A stretch of 64,000 nt of DNA from Mobula hypostoma (GCF_963921235.1 NC_086108.1:2356001-2420000); one strand, 5' to 3'; counted from the first letter of the stretch, positions 1-12,760 are shown. The notes: generated from the sequence alone by a model not told the origin. Translations and numbers: made by a program.

Positions 1-220
1 GTTACAGTTCTATAGATTTGCTGGGTATGCCCACAGGAAAATGACCCTCAGGGTTGCAGGTGGTGACATATATGTACGCTGATTATAAATTTTTCTTTGA
101 ACTTTGAACCTCTCACTTTTGCTAGGATTAAGAGGAACCCAAGATCATGGTGAAGACACCTCACACGCCTTCCTGATCTCTGTGAACTGAGCATGGACTG
201 GGCAGGGTCCATGTACTCAC

Positions 221-289
221 ACGGAAAGGTCACGCACTTCATGGGGGGAAAAGGAGAGGCCGGTGCTGGTAGATTCAGGGTCTCGGTGT
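221..289 (-). other. Candidate internal exon of an unidentified minus-strand transcript (69 nt)
   Basis: Minus strand reads ...ccctgttgtttggcaacAG|exon|GTGAGT. The exon is open as HRDPESTSTGLSFSPHEVRDLS and lies in non-repetitive sequence. No protein family recognised. Confidence 0.4.
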
Positions 290-649
290 CTGTTGCCAAA
301 CAACAGGGACACAGCTGGCTCCACCCAGCACTGTGTTACACAGTGACGCAGATTTAAGAGAGAAACCCAGCCTCGGGCATATAGTTTTATCAACCGTGGT
401 CTCCAGTTTGGTGCTGTAACACAAGACAAAGCCCAGCATCTACGTGCCTGATTCAAAGGTAACACACCTCTCTGAATCCCGTCAAGGATTGGGAAAGAGT
501 GGTTGGACTTAGGAAGGTATCAGTGAGGACATATACCAAGATCAGTATTAACCCTTCCCTCCCACATAGCCCTCCATTCTTCTGTCATCCATGTGTCTAT
601 CTAAGGGTTTTTTAAGTGTCCCATTCCTACCCCAACCAATGCTGTGGGG

Positions 650-846
650 CAGCAGCACAGTAGTGAAGTGGCCAGCAAAACCAAGCGCTGCAGTTTCCTG
701 CCACATTCCAAAGACATAGGTTAATTGGTCATTGTAAATCGCCCCGTGATTAGGATAGGGCGGAATCGAGGGATTGCTGGGAGACGCAGCTGGAAGGGTT
801 GGAAGAGCTACTCCATGTTGAATCTCAATAAATAAAGCAATAAAAT
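650..846 (+). mobile_element. Degenerate V-SINE/HE1-type SINE
   Basis: 'ttaattggtcattgtaaatcgccccgtgattagg' and an aataaataaa tail match the copy at 47211-47464. Confidence 0.6.
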
Positions 847-1281
847 ACCATCGGGATGGTATTCGTTTTGGCAGGAATATTTAGAGGGTGTCACCAGCCT
901 CTGAAATGGACAGACAGACTGGTTTATTATCTTAACTGAAACACAGAAGCCCTCCAAATGCACACAGCAGCCTGTTGTAAATAAGGTTCTTCTGAAAAAA
1001 GACTTTGCAGGGTCCTGGAGTGATGAACTCGGTGAGTTTGTGTAGGAGGGGGATTCTCTCTTTGTCTGCTGCAGATATTTCTGGGTGTAACGCAGTGATT
1101 CAGGGCGGTAATGGCAACCCCCTCACTCCCGCTTTGATACAACAGTCAGTCAGGATTCCCCTCGCCCGTGGAAAGAGCTCATCTCATTGATAAATAACAC
1201 TGTTGCTCTTCAAAGGCCAGTGCTTTGGCACGGAGTGGGAGGTTGATGTGGTTAGCTCAGGCCAGTGGATGTCAACCTCAC

Positions 1282-1418
1282 CTTTGACTCAGGGGGCTGT
1301 AGGCTGCAATCCTAATGACAGAGATGACCGTGCAGTTTTGTCTGACACTTCCTCTGTTGTCTCGAATGCCGGGGGTGTAATCTAGCTGTTGAGATGCTTT
1401 TCCACAAGCCAATAATTG
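1282..1418 (-). other. Candidate exon (137 nt), frame-compatible with 221-289
   Basis: Pyrimidine-rich acceptor cttccccactcttctttgtaaAG and donor AAG|GTGAGG. Only one frame is open (QLLACG...SPLSQR); it ends in phase 2. Confidence 0.3.
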
Positions 1419-1464
1419 CTTTACAAAGAAGAGTGGGGAAGTTCTCTGTGGACTTTTAGGGTCA

Positions 1465-1830
1465 CCATCTTCATTCTGTGCCATGTGGGTGATCATGGTC
1501 TTATCCATGACCGTGATTGTTCTTGGCTAATTTTTCTACAGAAGTGGTTTGCCATTGCCTTCTTCTGGGCAGTGTCTTTACAAGACAGGTGACCCCAGTC
1601 ATTATCAATACTCTTCAGAGATTGTCTGCCTGGGGTCAGTGGTCACATAACCAGGACTTGTGATGTGTACCAGCTGCTCATACGACCATCCACCACCTGC
1701 TCCCATGGCTTCATGTGACCCTGATCGGGGGTGGGGAGGGGTCTACGGAGGTGCTACATCTTGCCCAAGGGTGACCTGTAGGAGCACCATGCATCTCCTT
1801 TGGTAGAGACGTATCTCCACCCCACCACCC
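1465..1830 (-). mobile_element. RTE-related SINE / non-autonomous element (family A)
   Basis: Minus strand carries gaaggcaatggcaaaccact, a Bov-A/RTE-like motif. Further copies at 6335-7430 (split) and 14380-14645. Confidence 0.7.
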
Positions 1831-2039
1831 ATATACAGTTAGGGTGGATTACATGGTCATATGTACACAGTGAATGCATGTCATCAAATATCCAGCTGGT
1901 TGAAGAGATTCTTCAGATGTTTTATGGAGACAAGGTAAGTATAGGGTTTACTTCAGGGCCATCTCTGGTCTAAGAACAGAGAACCAGAGTCTGCTGCTTC
2001 TCGAGTCGGTGAGCTTGAATAAGTGTTGCTGCAGATTGT

Positions 2040-2410
2040 AATGTGTAAGCAGCAAGCCGTCAGTTTCCCCCTTTGCTATGGAAGGGGTGACACCTCTCTC
2101 ACTCCCTTGTTAGTGAGTGAGAGAGAACTTGTGGCATGTTGAAGTGCTGGGTTATGGACTGAGATCATGGTCTCTTTGGGGGATTTGCTATGCTTCCATG
2201 GTGGGTGAAGGGTGGGGGTTGATCTTTCCTGCTGGTGCTTTGCTGCTACTTGTGCATGGGAGGGAGGGGGTGGAGCTTTGAGGTTCTGATATTTTTCTGT
2301 CAATCATTCTTTGGGGTTTTCTTCTGTTTCGTGGATGTCTATGAAGAATAAGAATTTCAGGTTGTATACTGTATACATTCTCTGATATCAAATTGAACTA
2401 TTGAATCATT
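2040..2410 (+). repeat. Dispersed non-autonomous repeat ending in the common Rex-type 3' tail
   Basis: Aligns by eye to the reverse complement of about 41750-42200. Ends with aagaatttcaggttgtatac...ttgaactattga. Confidence 0.5.
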
Positions 2411-2724
2411 GAGCTAGTGATCTCTGGGCTGACCCAGTGTGAGACAAGTGGATCTGCCCTGTCAAAGAAATGCTGTGTGCTTGTCGTGCAGAATTCGTGG
2501 TTCCAGGACACCATCCCATACACCATCAATCTTCTGGCCGTGCCATTCTGAGCCTTGGTCTAATATTATTCTCTGACTCTTTGTGCTATTGTTTTGATAT
2601 GTGCTGTGTGTGACTGTATGTACTGTAATTTACACCTTGGTCCTGGAGGAAAGCTGTTTCATCCAGCTGTACTCGTGTATGGTTGAACAACACTTAAACT
2701 TGAATTTGAACATGAGAAGAGCAG

Positions 2725-3790
2725 GGAAAGCTGCCTTAATGACTATCGCCCAGTGCTTTCAGAGACTTGCTCATGGCTAGACCTAACTCCTGCCTAAGCA
2801 AGGGCCTGAACGTGTCTACAATGATGACAGATCTGCAGCGGATGCAATCTCACCGGCTCTCCACTCAGCCTTGGAGCACCTGGACTACAACAATACCTTT
2901 GTCAGGCGGCTGTTTATTTATTACTGCTCAGTGTTTAACACTACCAAACTCTCATACTAATCAACAAGCTCCAAATCCGGGGTCTCTGTACCTCCCTTTA
3001 CAACTGGATGCTTGGCTTCCTCGCCAGGAGACCCCAGTCAGTGTGGATCGGAAATACCATCTCCTCCGCACCTCACGGATCCGTGCTTAGCCCACTGCTC
3101 TGCGCTCTCCTCCTATGACTGTGTGCCTCGGCACAGCTCAAACGCCAATGACACAGTTACGGTTGGCAGAATGTCAGTGAGTGAGCTAGATCAGGTGATT
3201 GAGTGGTGTCACAACAACAACCTTGCACACAACATCAGTAAGAGCGAGGAACTGATTGTGAAGATCGGGAAGGAGAGGTTGGGGGAACACACGCGTGTCC
3301 TCATTGAGGAATCAACAGTGGAGAGAGTGAGCAGCTTCAAGTTCCTGGCAGTCAACGTCTCTGAGCACCTACCCGGGTCCAACATACTGATGCAATTACA
3401 AAAGAAGGCACACCAGCAGTAACAGTTCATTGGGGATTTCAGGAGATTTGGTATGACACCAAACACTCCAGCAAGTTCCTACAGCTGTACCAAGGAGACC
3501 ATTCTGATTGGCTGCGTCGCCGTCCGGTATGGAAGGGCCACTGCACAAGATTGAAAAATGTTGCAGATGGTTGTACAGTCAGCCAGCTCCACCATGGACA
3601 CGAGCATCCCCGCTATCAAGGACATCTTCAAAAGGCGATGCCTCAGGATGTTATCAATAAGGAGCTCACCAGCCGGGAGGAGGTACAGGAGCCTGAACAT
3701 TTTAGGGACAGATTCTTCCCACCACCATCAGGTTTCTGAGCGGTCCATGTACCCATGAACAACATCTCACTATTCCTCTTTGCACTGTTT
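2725..3790 (+). mobile_element. Rex/Babar-type LINE, decayed RT and 3' part
   Basis: Peptide remnants such as WCHNNNLAHNISKSEELIV...VERVSSFKFLAV, with frameshifts. Confidence 0.8.
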
Positions 3791-3806
3791 ATTTATTTAC
3801 TTACTT

Positions 3807-4492
3807 TAGATTATGAGAACACTCAGTCCTCTTTTATTGTCATTTAGAAATGCATACATGCATTAAGAAATGATACAATGTTTCTCCGGAGTGATATCAC
3901 AGAAAACAAGATAGACCAAAGACTAACACTGACAGAACCACATAATTATAACATATAGTTACAGCAGTGCAAAGCAATACCATAATTTGAAGATGAACAG
4001 CCCATAGGCACAGTAAAAAAAAAGTCTCAAAGTCCCCGAGTCGATCGACTCCCGAGTCCCTGATAGCAGGCGGCAAAAGGGAGAAACTCCCTGCCATAAA
4101 CCTCCAGGCACCGTCAACTTGCCGATACCTTGGAAGCAGCCGACCACAGCCGACCCTGAGTCCATCCGTCCGAAAACTCCGAGCTTCCGACCAGCCCCTC
4201 CGATACAGCCTCCCGAGAGCCATCCTCTGCCGAGTGCCTTCGACCTCGCCCCGGCCGCTGAAACACACAAAGCCGAGGATTTCGGGGCCTTCTGCTCCGG
4301 AGATTCTGGTTACCACACAGTAGCAGTGGCAGCGAAGCGGGCATTTCAGAAGTTTTCCAGATGTTCCGCTGTGCACTCACGTCTGTCTCCATCAAATCAG
4401 AATTATGCACGGTCCCCTACTTGACAGATAACAGAAATTCATCATCGAAGTGGCCGCGCGCGCTGCCGTCACGTTGCCATCTTCTCCCCTCT
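3807..4492 (-). mobile_element. Non-autonomous LINE-derived element (family B), copy 1
   Basis: 5' end gaagatggc (YY1-like), 3' aataaa followed by ...cataatctaa. Colinear with 24724-25371. Confidence 0.75.
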
Positions 4493-4539
4493 CCTTGATT
4501 GATTGTTGTAATGTACAGTAATTTTTTATGTATGGCACT

Positions 4540-5052
4540 GTGGTGGTTGTCCACTATGTCTGACAATGACGGGAAACCTGTGTGGGAGAGTTTTTAAAGT
4601 GGAAAAGCCATTGGACTAGGCAGTTCCACTCTCTCGACCTCAGAAGTCAGGTCCAGTGGTGTGAACAAGTGCCAGAAACTGGGGCCTTCCTAGGTTACAG
4701 TGGATGACCAAATCATCTTCTGTGCCTTGCTCTCCACAGGGAGTTGCAGAACAGCCTTCGTGGCCGTTGGATCTCACTGTAGATCTCATCGGCCCAGCCT
4801 GCCGGAGCTGACGTCACATGCTAGGACAGGCATGTCCCTGTCTCACCAGGGTATGAGGCCCGTGGCTACACTCACTTGGTTTAGCCCACCTGTCGAAGTT
4901 GTGCGCCCGAGTGTGGCCACTGACAAACAAATACTTGGAGCCACGGGTGAGAGCTGAGTGTCTGGTGGGGAACAAAGGAGAGTGAGCCACCCTGGAATCC
5001 CCTTCACCAGAGGTGTTCCCCCTCCCCCAGAATGGACACGACAAGCCCCTTC
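4540..5052. repeat. Dispersed repeat (family C)
   Basis: Reverse complement matches 26570-26700, 30743-30948 and 37111-37146 (ctggtgaaggggcttgtc..., ctccaagtatttgtttg). Confidence 0.65.
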
Positions 5053-5059
5053 GTTTGAA

Positions 5060-6330
5060 CTAGAGGGCACAGCCTCAAAATTGAGGGGAGACCTTTTAGA
5101 ACAGAGGTAAGGAGGAAGAGAGTAGTGAATCTGTGGAAGGCTCTGCCACAAACTGCAGTGTAGGCCAAGTCCGTGGAGATACTTAAGGCAAAAGTTGATA
5201 GTTTCCTGATCGGTCAGGGCATCAAAGGACATGGCGAGAAGGCAGGGGTATGGGGTTGAGTGGGATCCAGGATCAGACATGATGGAATGGTGGAGCAGAC
5301 TAATTCTGTTCCTATGTCTTACGGTCTCTGTCTTAAAGGTTAATTTGCAGGTTGAGTCTGTGATGACGAAGGCAAATGTAAATCTTTTTGAGAGGACAAG
5401 AATATAAAAGCAAGGATGTAATGCTGAGGCTTTATAGGGTATTGGTGAAGATATTGAGAGTGGTTTTGGGCCCCTTAACTAGAAAGGATGTGCTGACATT
5501 GGAGAGGGTTCATAGGAAGTTCATGAAAATAAGTCCAGGAATGTAAGGCTTTTTGTACGAGGAGTGTTTGAAGGCTGTGGGCCTGTAGTCGTCGGAACTT
5601 AGGAGAATGAGGGAAATGAAAAGAAATTAGAAGAATGAAATTAGGAGAATGAGGGAATTGAAACTTATCGAGTAGTGAAAGTCCTCAATAGAGTGGCCGA
5701 GAAGAGGATGTTTCCTATGGTGGGAGAGTCTAAGACCAGAAGGCACAGCCTCAGAATCGAGGGACATCCCTTTAGAATAGAAAGGAGGAGGAATTTTTCA
5801 GCCAGAGCGTGGTGAATCTGAGGAATTTGTTGCCACAAGTGGCTGTGGAAGACAGGTCATTGGGTATATTTAAGGCAGAGATCGATAGATTCTTGATTAG
5901 TCAGGGCACGAGGGGATATGGGGAGAAGACAGGAGATTGGGGCAGAGGGAGAAGATGGATCAATACTGATCAAACGGCTTTAGAGAGGGTGCAGAGGAGA
6001 TTTACCAGGCTACCGACTGGATTACAGAACATATCTTGTGAGGAAAGGATGGGTGAGCCAGGGCTTTTCTCTTTGGAGTGAAGGAGGATGAGTGGTGATT
6101 TGAAAGAAGTGTTTAAAATGATAGATAGAGAGAACAGCCCTCGCTTTTTCCCAGGGTGGAAAAGACTAATCCGAGGAAGCATAATTTTAGGGTAATTGGA
6201 GGAAAGTATAGGGGGACTATCAGATGTCGTTTTTAAAACATAGAGTGGTGAGAGCATGAGCATACTGCCAGGAGGCCAGGGACGATGGTGGAGGCAGCTG
6301 CATCAGGGACATTTAGGAGATGCTTAGATA
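5060..6330 (+). mobile_element. Three consecutive decayed CR1 3' fragments
   Basis: VNLRNLLPQVAVEDRSLGIFKAEIDRFL and LERVQRRFTRL motifs typical of the CR1 ORF2 C-terminus. Confidence 0.8.
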
Positions 6331-6334
6331 ATCA

Positions 6335-7430
6335 CATCATCATCATCGTTCTGTGACATGGGCCATCGTGGTCTTTCCATGACCGTGATTGTTCTTGGCA
6401 AGCTTTTCTACAGAAATGATTTTCCATTGCCTTCTGGGCAGTATCTTTACAAAACAGGTGACCCCAGTCATTGTCAATACTCTTTGGAGATTGTCTTCCT
6501 GGTGTCAGTGGTCACATAACCAGGACTTGTGATATAGAGACATAGAAACATAGAAAATAGGTGCAGGAGTAAGCCATTCGGCCCTTCGAGCCTGCACCGC
6601 CATTCAGTATGATCATGGCTGATCATCCAACTCAGAACCCTGTACCTGCCTTCCCTCCATACCCCCTGATCCCTTTAGCCACAAGGGCCATATCTAACTC
6701 CCTCTTAAGTATAGCCAATGAACTGGCCTCAACTGTTTCCTGTGGCAGAGAATTCCACAGATTCACCACTCTCTGTGTGAAGAAGTTTTTCCTCATCTTG
6801 GTCCTAAAAGGCTTCCCCTTTATCCTCAAACTGTGATCCCTCATTCTGGACTTCCCCAACATCGAGAACAATCTTCCTGCATCTAGCCTGTCCAATCCCT
6901 TTAGGATTTTATACGTTTCAATAAGATCCCCCCTCAATCTTCTAAATTCCAACGAGTATAAGCCTAGTTCATCCAGTCTTTCATCATATGAAAGTCCTGC
7001 CATCCCAGGAATCAATCTGGTGAATCTTCTTTGTACTCTCTCTATGGCAAGGATGTCTTTCCTCAGATTAGGGGACCAAAACTGCACACAATACTCCAGG
7101 TGTGGTCTCACCAAGGCCTTGTACAACTGCAGTAGTACCTCCCTGCTCCTGTACTCGAATCCTTTCGCTATAAATGCCAGCATACCATTCGCCTTTTTCA
7201 CCGCCTGCTGTACCTGCATGCCCACTTTCAATGAATGGTGTATAATGACACCCAGGTCTCGTTGCACCTCCCCGGCTGCTCATATGACCATCCACCACCT
7301 GCTCCTATGGCTTCATGTGACCCTGATCGGTGGGGGGGGGGGGTTAAGCAGGTGCTACACCTTGCCCAAGGGCGAGCTGCAGGCCAGCGGTAGAAAGGAG
7401 CGCCTCACGCTTCTCCACCCCACCACCCAG
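6335..7430 (-). mobile_element. Family A element interrupted by a CR1 insertion (6535-7272)
   Basis: 6335-6534 and 7273-7430 rejoin to match 1465-1830 (ggacttgtgat...gctgctcatatgacc). Confidence 0.75.
6535..7272 (-). mobile_element. Young 5'-truncated CR1 LINE
   Basis: Uninterrupted 211-aa ORF (RPHLEYCVQFWSP...VVNLWNSLP) and (ttctatgt)n tail. Nearly identical to 44886-45625. Confidence 0.92.
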
Positions 7431-8145
7431 ATAGGCGCAAGGATTAAAGAAAAATGGAGAGCTTTGTGGGAGGGAAGGGCTGGATTGATCTTGGCTAAGT
7501 TAAGAGGTTGGCACGACATCGTGGATCAAAGGGCCTGTTCCGTGTTCTATGTTCTATGTTCAGCATGGTATCATGATATCTTTTATGAGCATCCGAGAGG
7601 AGGTGGTGCCTCATATCAATTTAGTATCTCAGAAATGGGGCAGCTGGGCTGATATTCCTGGTGGAGTGCCGAGGGAATCTTCGGTGCAAGGCTTGAACCA
7701 ACAAGCATGCAATAGCTTCTGCCAGGCAGAACCTCGGCTGCACACAGGCTTCGGCTTCGATTTGTGATCGGGTTAAGGGCGGAGGTTACATGCTGGAGGC
7801 TCAGGCTTGAACCCAAACAATCAACAGGAAATCTGCTAGCTTCTCTGCTGCTCTCTCCCGAACACTTGAAGCCACAACTTCTTTGCAACTTCCTGTCATC
7901 AAAAGTGTGGGCGTCCAAAGAAAAAGGGAGAGAGACAACAAAAAAAACTATGCTTATGTTTAAGGCAATCCGTTGTGAGTATGCTGTTGGAAATTCATAA
8001 AAGCCCTGTAACATTTAAGGGTTTTATTTTCCATTAAACTCAGAGCCAATGAGGTTTTGGAAAAAAATGATTGAAACTGTATTTAAAAATGGCCATATGA
8101 GTCAATGGAATAGACTAACAGTAAAACCACCACTCTTTGGCTTAC

Positions 8146-8231
8146 CTGGGTTAACAACTAAGCCGGTTGCCATAACAACGCCTCAGTGTGACTCATATCT
8201 TCCAGACGAATTTGGCTTCCCCATTAAACCA
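8146..8231 (-). other. Candidate non-coding exon containing RFX X-box-like and AP-1 motifs
   Basis: Acceptor tgttatatttgcAG and donor CAG|GTAAGC, with stops in all three frames. GTTGCCATAACAAC at 8166-8179 and TGACTCA at 8189-8195. Confidence 0.35.
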
Positions 8232-8514
8232 CTGCAAATATAACACAAACCTTCAAATAACAAAAAAAACCTGTAAGGTTAGGAGATGTCAACAAACCAC
8301 ATGGGTTATCCAAGGTGTTGATATTTATACCACAAGATGGACTTTTGCGATAGACTTCCATCCATTCACAGAAAGTTGTGTAATAGGGCAAAAGATGCTG
8401 ACAGATGACCTCATTTCAGTGGAAATTGGGGCAGCTGAGGAGGCAAGGTGTGTATTTTGTTTTTTTTTTAAAGCGAAAAAGAAACCCTGAACTAAGAGGA
8501 AATATTACTGTACT

Positions 8515-8930
8515 TGCCCCGGCGCCCACCAAGAGGAACAAAACCTCGTTGTTTGGTTTAGAGGCTTGTGTGCCCCAATGATCTGGAGAGTTATGTTGGC
8601 TGGAGTCAGGACCTTGTGCTTTGGCTCGTGGTAGGGTCACCCATGCCAAAAAGGTCAAAGGGTAGAGGCCAGAATAAGAGTGGTCCACTGGTCCTCCAAG
8701 TTCAGGGAATTCAGTTGAGGACTAACAATCCTGACTGGTAAAACAAAATTGTTACAGAAACAGCAATGAAGAATCTTTCTACATCTGAGTGTGATGGTAT
8801 TCCTGAATCTCCATTTGGGACTTGCATGACTGACAGTAGCGAAAATCAGGAGGAAGCTACTGACATGATGAAGGAAGCCCTGAACACCACCAGAGATGGA
8901 GGAGCTTCACTGCTGCCCGAAGCAGGTAGT
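8515..8930 (+). mobile_element. RTE 5'UTR-like non-autonomous element (family D)
   Basis: Contains the ggtcctcca(a/g)gttc...ctaacaa(t/c)cctgactggt motif resembling RTE 5' regions. Copies at 13715-13850 and 47085-48312. Confidence 0.65.
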
Positions 8931-9092
8931 AAATAAGGTGGCTCAGTACCCTCTTTAGCAGCAATTTATTTATTGAGATATAGGGTGGGATAGGCCCTTC
9001 CTGTCCTTAGAACTACAGCTCCCAGCAATCCCTGATTTACCCTTAGCCTAATCATGGGACAATTTACAATGACCAATTAACATTAATGGTAG

Positions 9093-9793
9093 GACTCTTG
9101 GCAGTGTGGAGGATCAGAGGGATCTTGGGGTCTGAGTCCATAGGACGCTCAAAGCAGTTGCGCAGGTTGACTCTGTGGTTAAGAAGGCATACAGTGCATT
9201 GGCCTTCATCAATGGTGGAACTGAATTTAGGAGTCGAGAGGTAATGTTGCAGCTACATAGGACCCCAGTCAGACCCCACTTGGAGTACTGTGCTCAGTTC
9301 TGGTCACCTCACTACAAGAAGGATGTGGAAGCCATAGAAAGGGTGCAGAGGAGATTTACAAGGATGTTGCCTGGATTGGGGAGCATGCCTTATGAAAACA
9401 GATTGAGTGAACTCGGCCTTTTCTCCTTGGTGCGACGGAGGATGAGAGGTGACCTGATAGAGGTGTATAAGATGATGAGAGGCATTGATCATGTGGATAG
9501 TCAGAGGCTTTTTCCCAGGACTGAAATAGTTGCCACAAGAGGACACAGGTTCAAGGTGCTGTCAGAGATAAGTTTTTTACGCAGAGAGTGGTGAGTGTGT
9601 GGAATGGGCTGCTGGCAACTGTGGTGGAGGCGGATACGATAGGGTCTTTTAAGAGACTTTTGGATAGGTACATGGGGCTTAGAAAAATAGAGGGCCATGG
9701 GGAAGTCCTGTAATTTCTAAGGTAAGGACATGTTCGGCACAACTCTGTGGGCCGAAGGGCCTGTATTGTGCTGTAGGCTTTCTATGTTTCTAT
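9093..9793 (+). mobile_element. CR1 LINE 3' fragment (second subfamily)
   Basis: ORF 9175-9594 (RPHLEYCAQFWSPHYKKDVEAIERVQRRF) and ttctatgtttctat tail. Confidence 0.88.
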
Positions 9794-9794
9794 T

Positions 9795-9945
9795 TTACTA
9801 ACCTACCAACTATCTTTGGATTGTGGGAGGAAACCAGAGCACCCGTAAAAAACCCAAACAGTCACGAGGAGAATGTACAAACTCCTTACAGGCAGCGGTG
9901 GGAATTGAACCCAGCTTACCTGAACTGCAAAGTGAACTAACCACT
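9795..9945 (-). mobile_element. V-SINE/HE1-type SINE
   Basis: Minus strand has B-box gggttcaattcc followed by gagtttgtacattctcctcgtgactg (V-domain). Confidence 0.7.
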
Positions 9946-9946
9946 A

Positions 9947-11130
9947 TGATGTATATTTGAACTTTCAGTAGGCTTTTGACAAGGTGCCACATCAGGCTGC
10001 TTACCAAGTTAAGAACCCATGGTATTTCAGGAAAGTTACTGGCATAGTTAGAGCATTGGCTGATTGGTAGAAGGCAGCAAGTGGGAATAAAAGGATCTTT
10101 TCTGGTTGGCTGCCAGTGACTAGTGGTGTTCCACAGGGTTGGTTTTGGGACCACTTCTTTTTATGCTGTATGTAAATGATTTAGATGATGGATAGATGGC
10201 TTTTTTGCCAAGTTTGCAGATGATATGAGGATTGGTGGAGGGCAGGCAGTGTTGAGGAAACAGGTAGGCTGCAGAAGGACCTAGACAGATTAGAAGAATA
10301 GGCAAGAAAATGGCAAATGAATTATAATGTTGGAAAATGCATAGTCATGCACTTCAGTAGTAGAAATAAATGTGCAGGCTATTTTCTAACTGGTGAGTAA
10401 ATCCAAAAATCTGAGATGCAAAGGGACTTGGGTATCCTTGTGCAGAACACCCTGAAGGTTAACTTGCAGATTGAGTTGGTGGTGAGGAAGGCAAAGGCAA
10501 TGTTAACATTCATTTCAAGAGGTCTAGAATAGAAAAGCAGGAGTGTGTGGCTGAGGCTCTGTAAGGCACTGGCGAGACCTCAGCTTGAGTATTGTGAATA
10601 GATTTGGATTCCTCACTTAAGGAAAGATGTGCTGGCATTGGAGAGGGTCCGGAGGAGGTTCACAAGGATGGTTCCGCGACTGAAAGGGTTATCATTCAAG
10701 GAAAGTTTGATGGCTCTGGGTCTGTACTTGCTGAAATTCAGATGGATATGGGAGGGATCTCATTGAAACCTTTTGAATGTTGTAAGGCCTAGACAGAGTA
10801 TATGTGAAAATGATGTTTCCCGTGGTAGGGGAGTCTAGGACAAGAGGGTACAGCCTCAGGATAGAGAGGCATCCATTTAAAACAGCGATGTAGATAAATT
10901 TCTTTTGCCAGAGGGTGGAATTTGTTGCCACATGCAGCTGTGGAGGCCAGGTCGTTGGGTGTACTTAAGGCAGAGCTTGATAGGTTCTTGATTGGAAAAG
11001 GGATTAAGGGGTACGGGGAGAAGGCCAGGGACTGGGGCTGAGGAGAGGGAAAAAAAAATCAGCCATGATTGATTGTTGGAGCAGACTGGATGGGCCAAAC
11101 GGCCTAATTCTGCTCCTATGTCTTGAGGTA
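9947..11130 (+). mobile_element. Decayed CR1 LINE (RT to 3'UTR)
   Basis: GVPQG and KFADD remnants, and CR1 3' end cctaattctgctcctatgtctt. Confidence 0.85.
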
Positions 11131-12349
11131 TTTTGGTACTGTGCTGCCCAATGTCCAAACTCAGAATGAAAATCACTATCAGGTTTATCATCATTGACAA
11201 ATCTCATGAAATGTGTTGTTTCTGTGGCAGCAGTACTGTGCAATACATAAAAATCACTGTAAATTACACTAAGAAATATTCTGGGTGATGAGGGTTCTCA
11301 ATGATGGACGCCGCCTGTTTGAGGCATTGCCTTTTGTAGATGTCCTCGGTGCTGGGAAGTCTTGTGCCCCTGATGGAGCTGGTTGAGTTTACAACCCTCT
11401 GCAGCTTCTTCTCATCCTATGCATTGACACCCCCACACCAGGCAGTGATACAGCCAGTTAGAATGCTCTCCATGGTAGACCTGTAGAAATTTGTGAGTGT
11501 CTTTGGTGAGATACCAAATCTCCTCAAACTCCTGATGAAATATGGACTGCGGGCTGGAGCAATAAACAAGCTGCTGGAGGAACTCAGTAGCTCAAGAATC
11601 ATCTGAGGGGGCAAAGGATTGTTAATGTTCTCTCGTGTCTCCAGGAATTAGAAGTGACTCTCCTTCACACTGCTTTGATCTAAACCCACGATTAAATTAA
11701 CTCCTCCACCTATCACCGCCCACCTTCTGCTGATGTTTCTGCGCTCCCCTCCTCCAGCTGCCTATCAACCCTCCTCATTAGTGTCCACCAATCAACTTTG
11801 AGCTTTTGGGGACTCTTTACAACTCATGTTCTCAGTATCACTTTTATTTGCTCAGTTTGTCATCTTTTGCTCATTGGTGTCTGTCAGACTTTGTCTGCTG
11901 ATGTGTAGATTCTCATAAAATACTGTATTTTCATTTTCTTGTAAATACTTGCAAGAAAATCAATCTCAAGTTAGTATGTGGTACTTCGATGATTGAGTTA
12001 CCTTGAGATTTGATACATCACTAAAGAAACTCACAAATTTCTATGGAGCATTCTAACTGGCGGCATCACCATCTGGGATAGGTGGGGTGTGGGGTGTTGC
12101 GGGGGAAGCTACTGCACAAGATCGAAATAAGCTGCAGAGAGCTGTGACTCTGGGGAATGGTTAGAGAGATTTGGTGAAACGTACAATTGCTTCTGCTTGT
12201 CTTATCAGTAAATTCCTCCAGCTTCTGCAAATCCCTCCCTGCCAAGGAATTTCTTCAAAGCTGATTTTTTTTCTCAGATCTTTTGATAAGTTCTGAGCTT
12301 GTCTCCTGCCTCATTGATGCACCTTGGTGTTAAAGACATCACATATTTT

Positions 12350-12760
12350 TGACACAAGGGATCTCACCGATGCTGGAAATCCAGAGTGACAAACACAAAG
12401 TGCTGGATGAACTCAGCAGGTCAGGGAGCTTCTATGAAGGGGAATGAGGCGAGGACAGATGTCCGGGGAGTGGAGGAGATGTGGGTGAGGGCATTCTTTG
12501 AGGAAGGAGGGCATCTCAGATATCCAGGAATGGGAAGTCTCATCCTCGGAACCGATGTGGAACGGGGAAAGGGAAATACAATTTTACAGTTGGCAGGGTG
12601 GGGAAAGGTATAGTCAAGATAGCTGTGACAGTCAGTAGGTTTATAAAAGATATCAGAAGACAATCTGTCTTCAGAGGTGGAGACGGAGAGATTGAGAAAG
12701 GGGAGCAACGTGTTAGACGTAGACCAGGTAAATTTGAGGCCAGGGTAGAAACTGGAGGCA
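12350..12760 (-). mobile_element. Penelope-like element fragment (RT C-terminal region plus terminal repeat)
   Basis: LKFTWSTSNTLLPFLNLSV...DIFYKPTDCHSYLDY resembles the PLE RT thumb. The terminal sequence is shared with 58640-58706. Confidence 0.75.

Noticed and set aside
7616..8490. ORFs in unique sequence (132, 78, 64 and 100 aa) as coding genes
   Set aside because: No recognisable domain, and they run through polypyrimidine or A-tracts. Only the splice-signal evidence was kept, at low confidence.
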